The notes beneath the pieces were generated by a model, which was not told the origin of the DNA, ran no database searches, and worked only from the letters and a program-made list of their open reading frames with translations. A DNA stretch of 32,000 nt, from the NCBI RefSeq assembly GCF_002075285.3, contig NZ_CP021983.2:1710001-1742000 (forward strand), written 5' to 3'. This stretch comes from Halomicronema hongdechloris C2206 (GTDB lineage: Bacteria > Cyanobacteriota > Cyanobacteriia > Phormidesmidales > Phormidesmidaceae). A program made the translations under genes and the position numbers. Shown piece after piece: positions 1-9,947 of the stretch (the stretch's first letter is position 1; each line of letters starts with the position of its first letter).

Positions 1-399
1 CACTGCTGAACTCAGGTGGATGCGGGTGAAACAGTCAAATAGATCGCCTGCTTGAACTAACGCCCCATCCAGGAAAATTTGCGCCTGCTCGGCCCACCAG
101 GTTAGGGCTAGTTTTAACTGTTGATCTTGGACGAGATAGCCGTGGAGGGTTTCGGGAACAGTGATCCGTTGACATAGCCAGAGGGGGTGTTGCCCTCGAG
201 GCCAGGCGATGTGCTGGCGCTGGTTGAGGGGAGCGATAGGCCAGGTGGACCAGGAGTCCTGCTGGAGACTGCCTAGAATCGAGACATCGGTGTGGGCCCA
301 GTGCCAGCTGGATTGGATACTCGTCTGGCTTAGCTGACGCAGGCGCTCAATGGTGGTGGCAGTCGTGGTAAGTGGTTGGGATGGTTGGGTCGGGGCCAT
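1..399 (-). CDS. alpha-mannosidase (GH38-like), N-terminal 133 codons; the gene runs off the window start
   Basis: Absent from the ORF track because it is truncated by the window edge. Reverse-strand translation from the ATG (complement of 397-399) is open to base 1: MAPTQPSQPLTTTATTIERLRQLSQTSIQSSWHWAHTDVS...LKLALTWWAEQAQIFLDGALVQAGDLFDCFTRIHLSSAV. The LTWWAE-AQIF-G-LVQ-GDLFD block matches my recollection of cyanobacterial GH38 alpha-mannosidase N-termini. The family call is from memory only. Confidence 0.45.
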   Translation of the reverse strand, partial: MAPTQPSQPLTTTATTIERLRQLSQTSIQSSWHWAHTDVSILGSLQQDSWSTWPIAPLNQRQHIAWPRGQHPLWLCQRITVPETLHGYLVQDQQLKLALTWWAEQAQIFLDGALVQAGDLFDCFTRIHLSSAV

Positions 400-443
400 A
401 CCTTCGATAGAATCAAGACACTGATATGGACGCCTAGCTGGTT

Positions 444-1403
444 ATGGCATCTTCATCTCGCCCATTTCGTAGTCGCCTCCTGCGCCGACTCATGGTTGTA
501 TCTAGGCAATTGTCTGAGTTCTGCGGCCGATCGGCCCGGCAAATGAGAGTAACGGCCCAATGGGGTCTGCAGGCTGTGCTCTACCCAGTGTACGTGGTCT
601 TACGGGAAAGGCCTATACATCGGACCTTGGGGACTCAATGTCGGAGTCTGTGGCAACGGTTGCAGCCAGGTTCATTTCCTCAGGTACCTGCTGAGATACC
701 GGGGACGACTAGCATCATGGCTGTATCCCAGCGCTGGTGGCATCGATTAATTCTAAGATGTCCTTTGCAGGCGTCCCCACCAAGCCAGGTCAGGGTGGCG
801 AGTACCGAGAGTAACATAACACCGTGGGGATCGTTGCGGCGTTGGATAGCTAGCGCCTTGTCTCCCCGTAGTATTCGAAAATTTTCAAATAAACTTCAGG
901 CGTTATCACCTCGGAACTCTGGACTACTACTGTCAGGTGACCGGGCTACTCAGTTAACGTGGACAAGGGTGATAAGAGGACTACGCTACTCAGATAGTCG
1001 AGATGCGATCGCACCTGCTAGTCAAATCCCTTCTCATGCCAGTGCGGGCACTACCCTAGCTCAGGGATATGCTACTGCTAGTACGGTACCTACTAGTCCG
1101 GCCATAGAGGGAGCATCGTCGGCTGCTACTGTCGCGGCCATGATAGGCAGGGCGACGATGGCAAGAACCAATAAATCGCCCTGGATTGAGACGCCGGCAA
1201 CTACTGTGGGCTACGTTGATCATCCACTGGTAAAGCTATTGCGATGGATCGACCGCGGTCTCCTCTGGCTAGAATCTTGCTTACAACGACTCTGGCGTTG
1301 GTGGTGGGTCTCCATTGTCGAAAATGCCAAGGACTCCGAATTGTCACGGTTCACAGTGAAGGGGCCAGTGCAGGAACCTGAATCAGTTGAGCCCCGTCGT
1401 TAA
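444..1403 (+). CDS. hypothetical protein, Arg/Ser/Trp-rich, cyanobacteria-type conserved ends
   Basis: 319-aa ORF divergent from the mannosidase gene. The N-terminal QWGLQAVLYPVYVV and C-terminal WIETPATTVGYVDHPLVKLLRWIDRGLLWLE...WRWWW resemble blocks I recall from cyanobacterial hypotheticals. It uses many rare codons (ata, aga, agg, cta), so coding status is less certain than for its neighbours. Confidence 0.5.
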   Translation: MASSSRPFRSRLLRRLMVVSRQLSEFCGRSARQMRVTAQWGLQAVLYPVYVVLRERPIHRTLGTQCRSLWQRLQPGSFPQVPAEIPGTTSIMAVSQRWWHRLILRCPLQASPPSQVRVASTESNITPWGSLRRWIASALSPRSIRKFSNKLQALSPRNSGLLLSGDRATQLTWTRVIRGLRYSDSRDAIAPASQIPSHASAGTTLAQGYATASTVPTSPAIEGASSAATVAAMIGRATMARTNKSPWIETPATTVGYVDHPLVKLLRWIDRGLLWLESCLQRLWRWWWVSIVENAKDSELSRFTVKGPVQEPESVEPRR

Positions 1404-1523
1404 CCACCATGAGAAGCTATGACCTGGGATGGTTCTGATGGATGTCTGACAGGATGATCTGCTAGCCTGTCCCCATTTAGCGATAAAATACCTGTAGCTA
1501 TTGCGTGCATTTGGAGTGACTCA

Positions 1524-1640
1524 ATGCTGACGCTGAAAATCGTTGTATCCCTTGTGGTTATCTTTTTTGTGTCCCTGTTTGTCTTTGGATTTCTGAGTGG
1601 CGATCCCTCTCGGAATCCAGGTCGTCAGGACCTAGAATAG
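1524..1640 (+). CDS. psbI: photosystem II reaction centre protein I (PsbI), 38 aa
   Basis: Below the ORF-track size cutoff. ATG at 1524, TAG at 1638-1640. Translation is [38 protein letters not shown], a near-canonical PsbI (single TM helix followed by FGFLS-DP-RNP). Confidence 0.9.
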   Translation: MLTLKIVVSLVVIFFVSLFVFGFLSGDPSRNPGRQDLE

Positions 1641-1650
1641 CTCTAAGCTA

Positions 1651-1686
1651 GAGGAGCCCGACGCAGTCACAACTGCAGGGCTCCTC
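1651..1686 (+). terminator. stem-loop immediately downstream of psbI
   Basis: GAGGAGCCC (1651-1659) pairs perfectly with GGGCTCCTC (1678-1686), starting 10 nt after the psbI stop. There is no U-tract, so termination versus mRNA stabilisation is unresolved. Confidence 0.35.
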
Positions 1687-1860
1687 TCCATCGAAAGCTA
1701 ACTAAGATTTCTAAATTGACTGAGATGCCTGCATAGTCATCGCATAGCTTTATATTGGTTCTCAGGCTATAGTCAGTGGCTTTCTTGTTGCCTACTCGTA
1801 GGGGCGAGGCTAGGGCTGGCGTTTTGTTAGAGTTTGAGGCTATTAGGAATCAGGTAAGCT

Positions 1861-1935
1861 CTTGGATCAGCGATAGGCTCAATGCCGAATGCTCTAAACA
1901 TACATAGGCATTGGATAAATATCACGCTATCCAAG
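1861..1935. repeat. long imperfect inverted repeat in the psbI/DUF3769 spacer
   Basis: The arms CTTGGATcAGCG...AATGCC (1861-1886) and GGCATT...CGCTATCCAAG (1907-1935) pair as 7+4+6 bp with internal bulges. Confidence 0.3.
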
Positions 1936-2241
1936 TGGCTTGTGATTTTTGCTAAATCTAATCTAGAATCTGGAGTTGCTTGAGGTGAGTCTCTGGGGCT
2001 AGCTTTTGCCCGGAGTCATCTATTTCTGTAGCCTAAGAGCTGGGGAAATTGCAAATCTACTGTGTTCTCTATCAGGGGTAACTGCAAAAGCATTCCTGTA
2101 AATGTCCTGCTGGGTTTTTAAACTGGGCAGGCTCTTTTATGGGAGAGCTGGCTCAGATGGGGGCTAACTGTCCCAAGTCTAGCTTGGGTATTGCAGCTTT
2201 CTTGAGGCAATACTCAAGGTTGGACTTGGGCAAGGTTTATT

Positions 2242-4527
2242 TTGGTGGTGTCTATGCCTTATCCGCTGATTCCAGTTGATGTCTTACCAGCTACGGCTAA
2301 TGTACCGTCAGAACAGCTTGTACAGGTTGAACACCAAACTACGAACGGGGTGTTAGACTCAGGTCCTCAGTTACCGATGGCCCTGAGTGAGCCCGAAACG
2401 CCTGCCCTAACCGCAGGAATGCGCCCTATCCCTGCGTCTAGAAGCAATACTGAGGTGAATGGTCACAGAAAGGTCTCCTCTGAAGAGGTGGTCGATCAGT
2501 ACGTTGTAGTCTCGGCTGAGGTTCTCTCTACGGATCCGGTCACTGCATATACTAGTCTGACGGACGCAGTCGCCCAGGAAAATCTGCCTGAGACGGCGGC
2601 GGAGCTGCAAACATCTCCTTGGCAAGATGGGGGAGTGCCTGCCCAGCGATTGCGTACTGATAGACGGCGCCCCCAGGGAGAACCGCCAGGACCAGGAATT
2701 CCTGTGGTGCTGCAGGCGGATCGGCAAGACTACGACCAGCTTAATCAACGGGTCATGGCCGAGGGAGATGTGTGGATGCAGGTGGGAGATTTTCAGCTGT
2801 GGTCTGAACGCCTCTGGCTTAACCTGCCCAATCAGTATTCCCTGGCTGAAGAGAATGTGCGGATTACTGCTGGCGAGCAACTACTGCGTGGGGATCAGGC
2901 GACCTATAACATCGCTCAGGGCTCTGGCACTGTGGAACAGGGGCGTGGTGAGATTTTCCTGGGCACTATTGAAGAAGACACGGCTCCTCCTCTGCCAACC
3001 GATATCAGTTCCGATCAAGAGTTTCGGCCCCGGGCACCGCAACCCATTTCGGATGTCAGGAGCACTGGGGGGCTGGTATTTGGGACTGAGACCGATGATA
3101 ACCGGCCTGGTAACCTTGAGGCTGGTGGCGAGGTGCAACAGCTGCGGTTTGAGGCGGATCACATCGAATTTGATGCCGAGGGGTGGCGAGCCACTGCGGT
3201 CCGGTTGACCAACGATCCCTTTTCTCCCCCTGAGTTGGAGATTCGAGCCGATGCGGCCCGCTTGGTGCCGATCAATGAGTTCGAAGATGAACTACAACTC
3301 TCTAATGCCCGGATCGTCTTCGATCAGGGATTTTCACTGCCTCTGTTGCGATCGCGGTTTCGGATTCAAAAAGGAGAGGGGCCGCCTGAGCAATTCAGTC
3401 CCTTGCCGACTGGGCTTGGCATTGATGGTCGTGATCGGGATGGATTTTTTGTAGAACGCTCATTACCTCCGATTAGACTGGGTCCTGCGCAACTGTCGGT
3501 GACGCCCCAATTTCTAGTGGAGCGCTCTTTTGCCGGGGATGGCGTCACCGATCCAGCTAGTTATGGGTTGGTGGCAACGGCGAGGGGGCCGATTGGCTCC
3601 CGGTCATCGTTTCAGGCCACGGCTAATTTCTCAGGGCTTGATCTTGAGGATGTCGACGACCGGCTACGCGCTAATGTCGGGACTCGTCATCCCATTGGTG
3701 ATCACCAGTTATCTTTGGACTATAGTTTTCGGGACCGTCTGTTTAATGGCAGTCTAGGATTTCAGGATGTGCAGACCAGTGCTGGGGCAGTGCTGACCTC
3801 ACCGTCGATTGCTCTGGGAGATACGGGAATTAATCTCAGCTATCAGGGCTCAGCCCAGTTTATTACGGCGGAAACCGATCAAGCCGATTTGTTGGGGGCC
3901 ACTGGTTCCGCTCAAGGATTGATTGGGTTGTTTCGCTTCCAAGGCAGTGCCGCCCTCAGTCGGAGCTTTTCTCTCTGGCGGGGGGAGGCCTTACCAGCCA
4001 CCCGTGATCAGGGGCTGCGCTTCACGCCCAACCCGATTGTGCCCTATCTGAGTTTCGCGGTGGGATTGCGAGGCGTGGGGACTTACTATAGCAGTGACGA
4101 TACCCAGGTTAGCCTGCGCGGTAGCCTCAGCCTGCGGGGACAAGTGGGTCACTTCTCTGACTCATTCCTGGATTACACTCGCTTTAATATCACCTACTCA
4201 AAGTCGATTACAGGGGAGGCATCCTCGCCGTTTTTGTTTGATCGCGATGTGGATAGAAACACACTCTCTGGAGGGATTGTGCAGCAAATTTATGGCCCTT
4301 GGTTGCTGGGATTTCAGACATCGATCAACTTAGATACTGGGGAAGAAATTAGTACGGACTTTATTCTGGAGTATAGTCGTCGGACCTACGGCATCGTCGT
4401 TAGCATTAATCCGGAGCGGGATACTGGCTTCATTGGCTTTCGCCTCAGTGACTTTACCTGGACTGGTCAATCAGAGGCCTTTGGTGGCTCTGATATTCGT
4501 ACTGTGGACGGGGGAATGGTGCGGTAG
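2242..4527 (+). CDS. DUF3769 / LptD(OstA)-like outer-membrane protein
   Basis: 761-aa ORF. Residues about 150-240 (LQADRQDYDQLNQRVMAEGDVWMQVGDFQLWSERLWLN...VRITAGEQLLRGDQATYNIAQGSGTVEQGRGEIF) look like an OstA/LptD N-terminal fold. The remainder is Gly/Ser/aromatic-rich and beta-barrel-like. The frame opens after a TGA at 2203-2205. The start is TTG 2242 or ATG 2254. Confidence 0.7.
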   Translation: MVVSMPYPLIPVDVLPATANVPSEQLVQVEHQTTNGVLDSGPQLPMALSEPETPALTAGMRPIPASRSNTEVNGHRKVSSEEVVDQYVVVSAEVLSTDPVTAYTSLTDAVAQENLPETAAELQTSPWQDGGVPAQRLRTDRRRPQGEPPGPGIPVVLQADRQDYDQLNQRVMAEGDVWMQVGDFQLWSERLWLNLPNQYSLAEENVRITAGEQLLRGDQATYNIAQGSGTVEQGRGEIFLGTIEEDTAPPLPTDISSDQEFRPRAPQPISDVRSTGGLVFGTETDDNRPGNLEAGGEVQQLRFEADHIEFDAEGWRATAVRLTNDPFSPPELEIRADAARLVPINEFEDELQLSNARIVFDQGFSLPLLRSRFRIQKGEGPPEQFSPLPTGLGIDGRDRDGFFVERSLPPIRLGPAQLSVTPQFLVERSFAGDGVTDPASYGLVATARGPIGSRSSFQATANFSGLDLEDVDDRLRANVGTRHPIGDHQLSLDYSFRDRLFNGSLGFQDVQTSAGAVLTSPSIALGDTGINLSYQGSAQFITAETDQADLLGATGSAQGLIGLFRFQGSAALSRSFSLWRGEALPATRDQGLRFTPNPIVPYLSFAVGLRGVGTYYSSDDTQVSLRGSLSLRGQVGHFSDSFLDYTRFNITYSKSITGEASSPFLFDRDVDRNTLSGGIVQQIYGPWLLGFQTSINLDTGEEISTDFILEYSRRTYGIVVSINPERDTGFIGFRLSDFTWTGQSEAFGGSDIRTVDGGMVR

Positions 4528-4670
4528 CGGTGGAGCCATGTGCGATCGCATCTCCTCTGAGCTACACTGACAGCATCTATAGCCGTCTAATATAGCCATC
4601 TAAACGAGCGCAGCGGCGGCGGCGCTATCACAGTCGACGTCACTGCTGTGGGACTGGTTGACGAAGAATC

Positions 4671-5426
4671 ATGGAGCTGTCTCCCCTTCCCCCTGACTTA
4701 GAGCAAGCAAAATCGCTCTTGCGAGCCTACAGCTTCGATCTAGGCGGTTGGCAAGAGTGCCAATTGTTGATGGCCTGGCAACAGGAATTCGAGCCTACCT
4801 GGATCCCTATGGCTATCGTTGAAGCCTTGTATCAAGGGCGCTACAAAGTGGTCTCAGTGCATCAAATTCTCTGCCTTTGGAGTCGTCGAGGATATCCACT
4901 ACGTCACTTTAGCGGTGACTTTGATCGGATGATTTGTAGTTCCATTGACCCTTGTCAGCAACGGGCGATGAGCCCATTGTCTCCAAGTAAGCCCGCCTCT
5001 CCTTCCTCTTCCTCCTCAACTACCGACAACTCCCTCCCGCCAGATCCAAACTCATCTGACAATTCAATCCCCTCTTCAGGACCAGGGTCATCCCGTTTTA
5101 GCACTGAGAACCAAGATGTGCATCCTGCCTCATTAGCGGTCACCCATGCGGAAACCTCGGCCACCGAGGCTTTATCGACATCAGCCTCTAGTTCCCTTTC
5201 TTGTCGCTATGGCAAGTTGGTGGCAGATCGCTTTGGAGGGATTCCTCCATTCCAACCGATCTCCCTAGCTACTGTGGCATCAAGTGCCCAAGACAATCAT
5301 TCCTCAGTGGTCAACACCGAGCATCCCCAACCCATTCAGCCTTTCGTTCCAGAGGGCCAGCATTCTCTCTTCTATCACCGTTTGCAAGCTGTCGCTCAGT
5401 CTCTCCATTATTCAGGGAGTTACTAG
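4671..5426 (+). CDS. conserved hypothetical protein with a Ser/Pro-rich low-complexity centre
   Basis: 251-aa ORF with an ordered N-terminal domain (WIPMAIVEALYQGRYKVVSVHQILCLWSRRGYPLRHF), followed by an SPSKPASPSSSSSTTDNS low-complexity tract. Confidence 0.6.
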   Translation: MELSPLPPDLEQAKSLLRAYSFDLGGWQECQLLMAWQQEFEPTWIPMAIVEALYQGRYKVVSVHQILCLWSRRGYPLRHFSGDFDRMICSSIDPCQQRAMSPLSPSKPASPSSSSSTTDNSLPPDPNSSDNSIPSSGPGSSRFSTENQDVHPASLAVTHAETSATEALSTSASSSLSCRYGKLVADRFGGIPPFQPISLATVASSAQDNHSSVVNTEHPQPIQPFVPEGQHSLFYHRLQAVAQSLHYSGSY

Positions 5427-5470
5427 TCGTATCCCGTGAGTTAATTAACTCCTAGTAGCCTACCGCTCAA

Positions 5471-5866
5471 TTATGCTGATGGGCCTTGCTGCTTAAGCGC
5501 CTCTAAGTCCTCACGGATTTGGGTTAACTGTTGATTGAGCTCGGCGAGATCGGCTTGTAACGCAGCATCCACCTTGGGGCCCGATGATGGCGTTGATGGG
5601 CTGGTTGCACCGTCAGATGACGCCCCCTGGGCAAAGGGGGATGGCATTTGGGTCGCGACTGAGTCAACAAATTTTCGAGCCTCTTGCTCTGTGAGGACAC
5701 CTTGGCTTTCGAGTTCTTCAGCTAAGCGGTTGAAATCGGTGCCGACGGAAGAGAATCGTTCGCGTACCCCTTGAGGGTCCTGAAGAGCCTCGATTAACGT
5801 CGCAGTCGCGCCGAGGGTAACCCGAACCCCTTTCTGAACAGCGTGGGTAACGGTATCGGGATTCAT
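5471..5866 (-). CDS. hypothetical protein with a coiled-coil C-terminus
   Basis: The ORF track extends to 5890. The ATG at 5866 (MNPDTVTHAVQKG...) has GGAGG 4 nt upstream on the coding strand, so I prefer it as the start. Confidence 0.6.
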   Translation of the reverse strand: MNPDTVTHAVQKGVRVTLGATATLIEALQDPQGVRERFSSVGTDFNRLAEELESQGVLTEQEARKFVDSVATQMPSPFAQGASSDGATSPSTPSSGPKVDAALQADLAELNQQLTQIREDLEALKQQGPSA

Positions 5867-5981
5867 GGGACCTCCGTGGATAATCTGCAAACAACTAACG
5901 GGTAAGACGTGTAATGAAACGACTACCGTTGCTGGATGAGTAGTCGTCTATGGCACGATGCTGTCTCGATTCTACCGTTGC

Positions 5982-6329
5982 TCATGGAGTCTGACCTAAA
6001 TACTGATTCAGGTCTTCCACCAAGCGAGTCAGTTCAGCCTCGGTCGTGATGCGAATGCGCTCGTCCCTGACCGTGAGCAAAACCTTGGCAGCGAAGGGAC
6101 TAGGCCAAATGTTGGGATTACAAAAGACTTCCAAGAAGACATCTCCAGTATGTTGGTATTCCATGGCCTCTTCTGGCTGCCGGGCTTCCCCAGCACTGGT
6201 ACGGTTAGCAATCGTCTTTAAGCGACTGACTAAGGTGGCCAGGGCTGCTTTGAGCTCCCTGGCGGCTTCTGGGGAGAAGCTGAAACGAATTGAACCCTGG
6301 ACTAAGTTGACAGTGATCTGGGAAGCCAT
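5982..6329 (-). CDS. hypothetical protein
   Basis: 115-aa ORF (MASQITVNLVQGSIRFSFSPEAARELK...), co-oriented with and upstream of 5471-5866. No family recognised. Confidence 0.55.
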   Translation of the reverse strand: MASQITVNLVQGSIRFSFSPEAARELKAALATLVSRLKTIANRTSAGEARQPEEAMEYQHTGDVFLEVFCNPNIWPSPFAAKVLLTVRDERIRITTEAELTRLVEDLNQYLGQTP

Positions 6330-6659
6330 TGTAGAGTCTCACGGTGACACCGCTCTCCATTCTGCCTATGACCAGAACACTGCAGTCAAGGGAATCGCCA
6401 AGAGGCTTAGCTAGAGTCAGCGAGAGCATAAGATCAAAAATGTTTTTGTAACAAATCATTGAGTTTTGGCCCCGGAGTCATAGGGGTTTCAATTCCGAAG
6501 AAAACCCTAAAGCTTTCGCCCTCTGCGGTTTCACCTCCCTAAAGTAGAAGGCAACGGAGATGGCTTCTAGGCGGTTGATACTGGAGAGTTACTCCTGAAT
6601 TTGCGACGATTTGTTAAACTCTCGGAGCCATCCGGTTTATTTATCAGAGCCATGAAGCA

Positions 6660-7637
6660 ATGTCAGTAAATACCTCTTTATCGTCCTCTACCCCGTTGAT
6701 GGGGTCGTTAATTACCTCGGTGCTGCCTGCTCCCCACTTGCATCCGATTGTTCGGGTGAGGCGACTGGTATGGAAACTAGCCCTAGCGACTCTGGTCCTC
6801 ATGGCGGTTGGTAGCGCGACTCGGGTCATGAATGCCGGATTGGCCTGTCCGGATTGGCCCCTGTGCTATGGACAGTTGGTGCCGCGGCAGCAGATGAATC
6901 TACAGGTATTTCTGGAATGGTTTCATCGCTTAGATGCGGCGTTGATCGGCTTGATGGCCTTATGGCTGTGTGTCTTAGGCACCTGGTATCGACAGAAGTT
7001 GCCGCGTTGGCTGCCGTGGGCGGCTTTGGGAGCGCTGCTATTGGTTTTAGTGCAGGGGCTTCTAGGGGGACTGACGGTCACTCAATTGCTGCGGTTTGAC
7101 ATTGTCACCGCTCATTTGGGCACCGCGCTGCTATTCTTTTGCTCGGTATTGATGATTGGTACTGGCTTACTGCCTTATCAGGCTACTGGAACAGTCGGCA
7201 AGCTACCCTGGCTCAGTTTGTTGGCCGCTGTGTTGGTATATGGCCAAAGTTTGTTAGGTGGCCTAGTAGCCTCTCGCTGGGCAGCGCACCAGTGCTTTGG
7301 TCTGGCGGAGCTGTGCCAGGTGATGAATAGCCATATCATTGGCGTCGTCCCGCCAACCTTGGTCACCCTAGGGGTGGTGCTGATGGCATGGCGTACACCA
7401 GCCTTGCATCTCCATTTAAGACAATTAGCCAATGGGGCTGGGATTTGTCTGGTCGTTCAAATTTTGTTAGGAGTCGCGACCTTTCGCCTCAGGCTGCAGG
7501 TGGAGCCACTAACGGTAGCCCATCAGGCTGTCGGAGCGATGCTATTGGGGACGCTGGTCTGTTTTTCGGTGTTAGCCTGGCGCGATCGCATCTCTTCTCG
7601 CCAATGGAGTGAATCCCTACCGTCATCCCTCGGCTAA
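6660..7637 (+). CDS. ctaA: heme A synthase (COX15/CtaA family)
   Basis: Polytopic membrane protein carrying the CtaA signature GSATRVMNAGLACPDWPLCYGQLVP and multiple TM segments with conserved His residues. Confidence 0.85.
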   Translation: MSVNTSLSSSTPLMGSLITSVLPAPHLHPIVRVRRLVWKLALATLVLMAVGSATRVMNAGLACPDWPLCYGQLVPRQQMNLQVFLEWFHRLDAALIGLMALWLCVLGTWYRQKLPRWLPWAALGALLLVLVQGLLGGLTVTQLLRFDIVTAHLGTALLFFCSVLMIGTGLLPYQATGTVGKLPWLSLLAAVLVYGQSLLGGLVASRWAAHQCFGLAELCQVMNSHIIGVVPPTLVTLGVVLMAWRTPALHLHLRQLANGAGICLVVQILLGVATFRLRLQVEPLTVAHQAVGAMLLGTLVCFSVLAWRDRISSRQWSESLPSSLG

Positions 7638-7701
7638 TCGATCCGATGCGAATTGGTACCACCCAGACCTGCTGCTAACGTCCACTGAAGACATTCTCAC
7701 C

Positions 7702-8694
7702 ATGAGTCAATCTAGTACCTTGAATCCAGTCAACCGCCACCACAGCAACCTGCGCCAAGTGTTGCGCAGCTACTGGCAGTTGACTAAGCCCCGCATCATT
7801 CCGTTACTGCTGATTGAAACGGCAGCCAGTATGTGGGTGGCGGCTGAGGGACACTTAGATCCCTTACTGCTAGTGATCACCTTACTGAGCGGTGCCCTAG
7901 CGGCGGCGTCAGCCCAGACAGTTAATTGCATCTACGATCGAGATATCGACTTCGCCATGGAGCGAACCCGGCATCGACCGATTCCCTCGGGTCGGGTGCA
8001 GTTGCGGGATGCCCTGCTCTTTGCCGGGACGTTGGCCCTGATAGCGTTTGGTCTGCAAGCCTGGGTGGCTAATCTCTTGAGTGCCTGTCTGGCCATGGCT
8101 GGCATCGGCGTCTATGTAGGGGTATATACCTACTGGTTAAAGCGATCCTCGACTCAAAACATCGTCATCGGTGGGGCCGCTGGGGCCATTCCTCCCCTGG
8201 TAGGCTGGGCTGCCGTGACTGGGGAATTAGGGTGGACAGCATGGTTGTTTTTCCTCATCGTCTTTGTCTGGACACCGCCTCACTTCTGGGGATTGGCGCT
8301 GCTGATTCAAGATGATTACGCCAAGGTCGGTGTGCCTATGCTGCCGGTGGTAGTGGGCGATCAAGTGACGGCTCGGCAGATCTGGTATTACACCCTGGTA
8401 TTGGTGCCTCTGACGCTACTGATGGTATATCCCTTGGCGGCTACTGGCGTGGTTTATGGCATCTTGGCAGTGGGCTTAGGCTGGATCTTCTTACGGAAAG
8501 CCTGGTCCCTGTTGAAAATGCCGTCTGACCGGGATTTGGCCCGCAATCTGTTCAAATATTCGATTGCTTATATGATGCTGTTGTCCCTGGGCATGGTGAT
8601 CGATAGTTTGCCTGTGACCCATCATCTAGTGACGACTTTGGGAACTCACCTGAATCTTTTGGCTGCTGCCATACCGGCCTTAGCGGCGTCTTAA
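7702..8694 (+). CDS. ctaB: protoheme IX farnesyltransferase (heme O synthase)
   Basis: UbiA-family motifs NCIYDRDIDFAMERTRHRPIPSG and PPHFWGLAL. The track ORF begins at 7609 and overlaps ctaA. The ATG at 7702 (MSQSSTLNP...) gives a typical length of about 330 aa. Confidence 0.9.
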   Translation: MSQSSTLNPVNRHHSNLRQVLRSYWQLTKPRIIPLLLIETAASMWVAAEGHLDPLLLVITLLSGALAAASAQTVNCIYDRDIDFAMERTRHRPIPSGRVQLRDALLFAGTLALIAFGLQAWVANLLSACLAMAGIGVYVGVYTYWLKRSSTQNIVIGGAAGAIPPLVGWAAVTGELGWTAWLFFLIVFVWTPPHFWGLALLIQDDYAKVGVPMLPVVVGDQVTARQIWYYTLVLVPLTLLMVYPLAATGVVYGILAVGLGWIFLRKAWSLLKMPSDRDLARNLFKYSIAYMMLLSLGMVIDSLPVTHHLVTTLGTHLNLLAAAIPALAAS

Positions 8695-8814
8695 TCGTCG
8701 TAAGGAGCAGTTCCTGGAATGATCTTGAGGACCGGCTAGGGAAGGTCAGTGTCGATGGCAGGCATCAGGGTTCGGTAGAATAACACTATGTAAACAAACG
8801 TTGCCGGTTTTAGT

Positions 8815-9840
8815 ATGTCTGCCGCTGTCCTGATCAATGGCCTGCAGAAACGCTACGGCTCGACTGAAGCCGTTAAAGATGTGTCCCTCACCATTCAACC
8901 GGGAGAAATCTTTGGCTTGCTGGGACCCAATGGAGCCGGTAAAACTACCACGATTCGTTGCCTCTGTACTCTCACCACCCCTGACGCTGGCCAAGTGGAG
9001 GTGAATGGCATATCGGTGTTGGCGAATCCCAAGGCTGCCCGTCAATGTTTGGGCTATATTGCTCAAGAGGTCGCCCTGGACAAGGTACTGACGGGGCGAG
9101 AATTATTGCAACTACAGGCAGATATCTATCATTTGCCAGCGTCGGTGAGTCGCGATCGCATCGAGCAGATGGTGGCGCTGTTAGAGCTGCAGGACTGGAT
9201 CGATCAAAAGAGCGGCACTTACTCTGGGGGACTGAAAAAGCGTTTGGATTTGGCTCTGGGATTGCTGCATCAGCCAGATGTGTTGGTATTAGATGAGCCC
9301 ACTGTGGGTCTCGATATCGAATCTCGCAGCATCTTCTGGCAGTTCTTGCGTCGACTCAAGGCGGCCGGCACCACCATCCTCTTGACCAGTCATTACCTAG
9401 AAGAAGTGGATGCCTTGGCCGATCGGGTAGCCATCATCGATCGCGGCATTGTCATTGCTCGGGGCACCCCTAGTGAGCTGAAGGACAAAGTAGGGGGAGA
9501 TCGTATTACCCTGCGTCTGCGGGAATTTACCCCCGACGATGAAGCCGAATCGGCTCGGCACCTACTAGAACAACTACCCCTGGTACAAGATGTGATTGTC
9601 AATAGTGCCCAAGGCAATTCCCTCAATCTAGTCGTCGATCCCCAGTCCGATGCTCTGCTGATCGTGCAGCAGGCCCTCAAGTCCGCCGGACTGCCTGTCT
9701 TTGGAATTTCGCAATCCCGGCCCAGCTTGGATGATGTCTATCTAGCGGCCACGGGCCGTACTCTGATGGATGCAGAACTAGCAGCGGTTGGGGCTCGCAA
9801 CTTGAAGGCTGAGCGTAAGCAGGCCATGCAAGGCTCCTAG
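8815..9840 (+). CDS. ABC transporter ATP-binding protein (DrrA-like, ABC-2 exporter type)
   Basis: Walker A GPNGAGKTT, ABC signature YSGGLKKRL and Walker B VLVLDEPTVGLD, plus a C-terminal accessory domain. Confidence 0.9.
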   Translation: MSAAVLINGLQKRYGSTEAVKDVSLTIQPGEIFGLLGPNGAGKTTTIRCLCTLTTPDAGQVEVNGISVLANPKAARQCLGYIAQEVALDKVLTGRELLQLQADIYHLPASVSRDRIEQMVALLELQDWIDQKSGTYSGGLKKRLDLALGLLHQPDVLVLDEPTVGLDIESRSIFWQFLRRLKAAGTTILLTSHYLEEVDALADRVAIIDRGIVIARGTPSELKDKVGGDRITLRLREFTPDDEAESARHLLEQLPLVQDVIVNSAQGNSLNLVVDPQSDALLIVQQALKSAGLPVFGISQSRPSLDDVYLAATGRTLMDAELAAVGARNLKAERKQAMQGS

Positions 9841-9947
9841 GGGCCGAGTTATCCCTGGATCACAGAAGTCAGATAAACCTGTCTGTGCTCTCTGGTCTTC
9901 GTGATCTGATTGTTGAGTAGTAACTGCCAGTCGTTTGTGTAAGAGGC

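Noticed and set aside
2407-3548. Several track ORFs nested in or antisense to the DUF3769 gene (2407-2880, 2627-3208, 2881-3162, 3251-3454, 3366-3548). Similar shadow ORFs lie inside other genes, for example 15735-16085, 16914-17219, 20320-20811 and 21123-21494.
   Set aside because: They lie wholly inside longer ORFs that have clear family signatures. They have Arg/Ser/Pro/Cys-biased, low-information translations typical of off-frame reading in GC-rich DNA, and they lack SD sequences.
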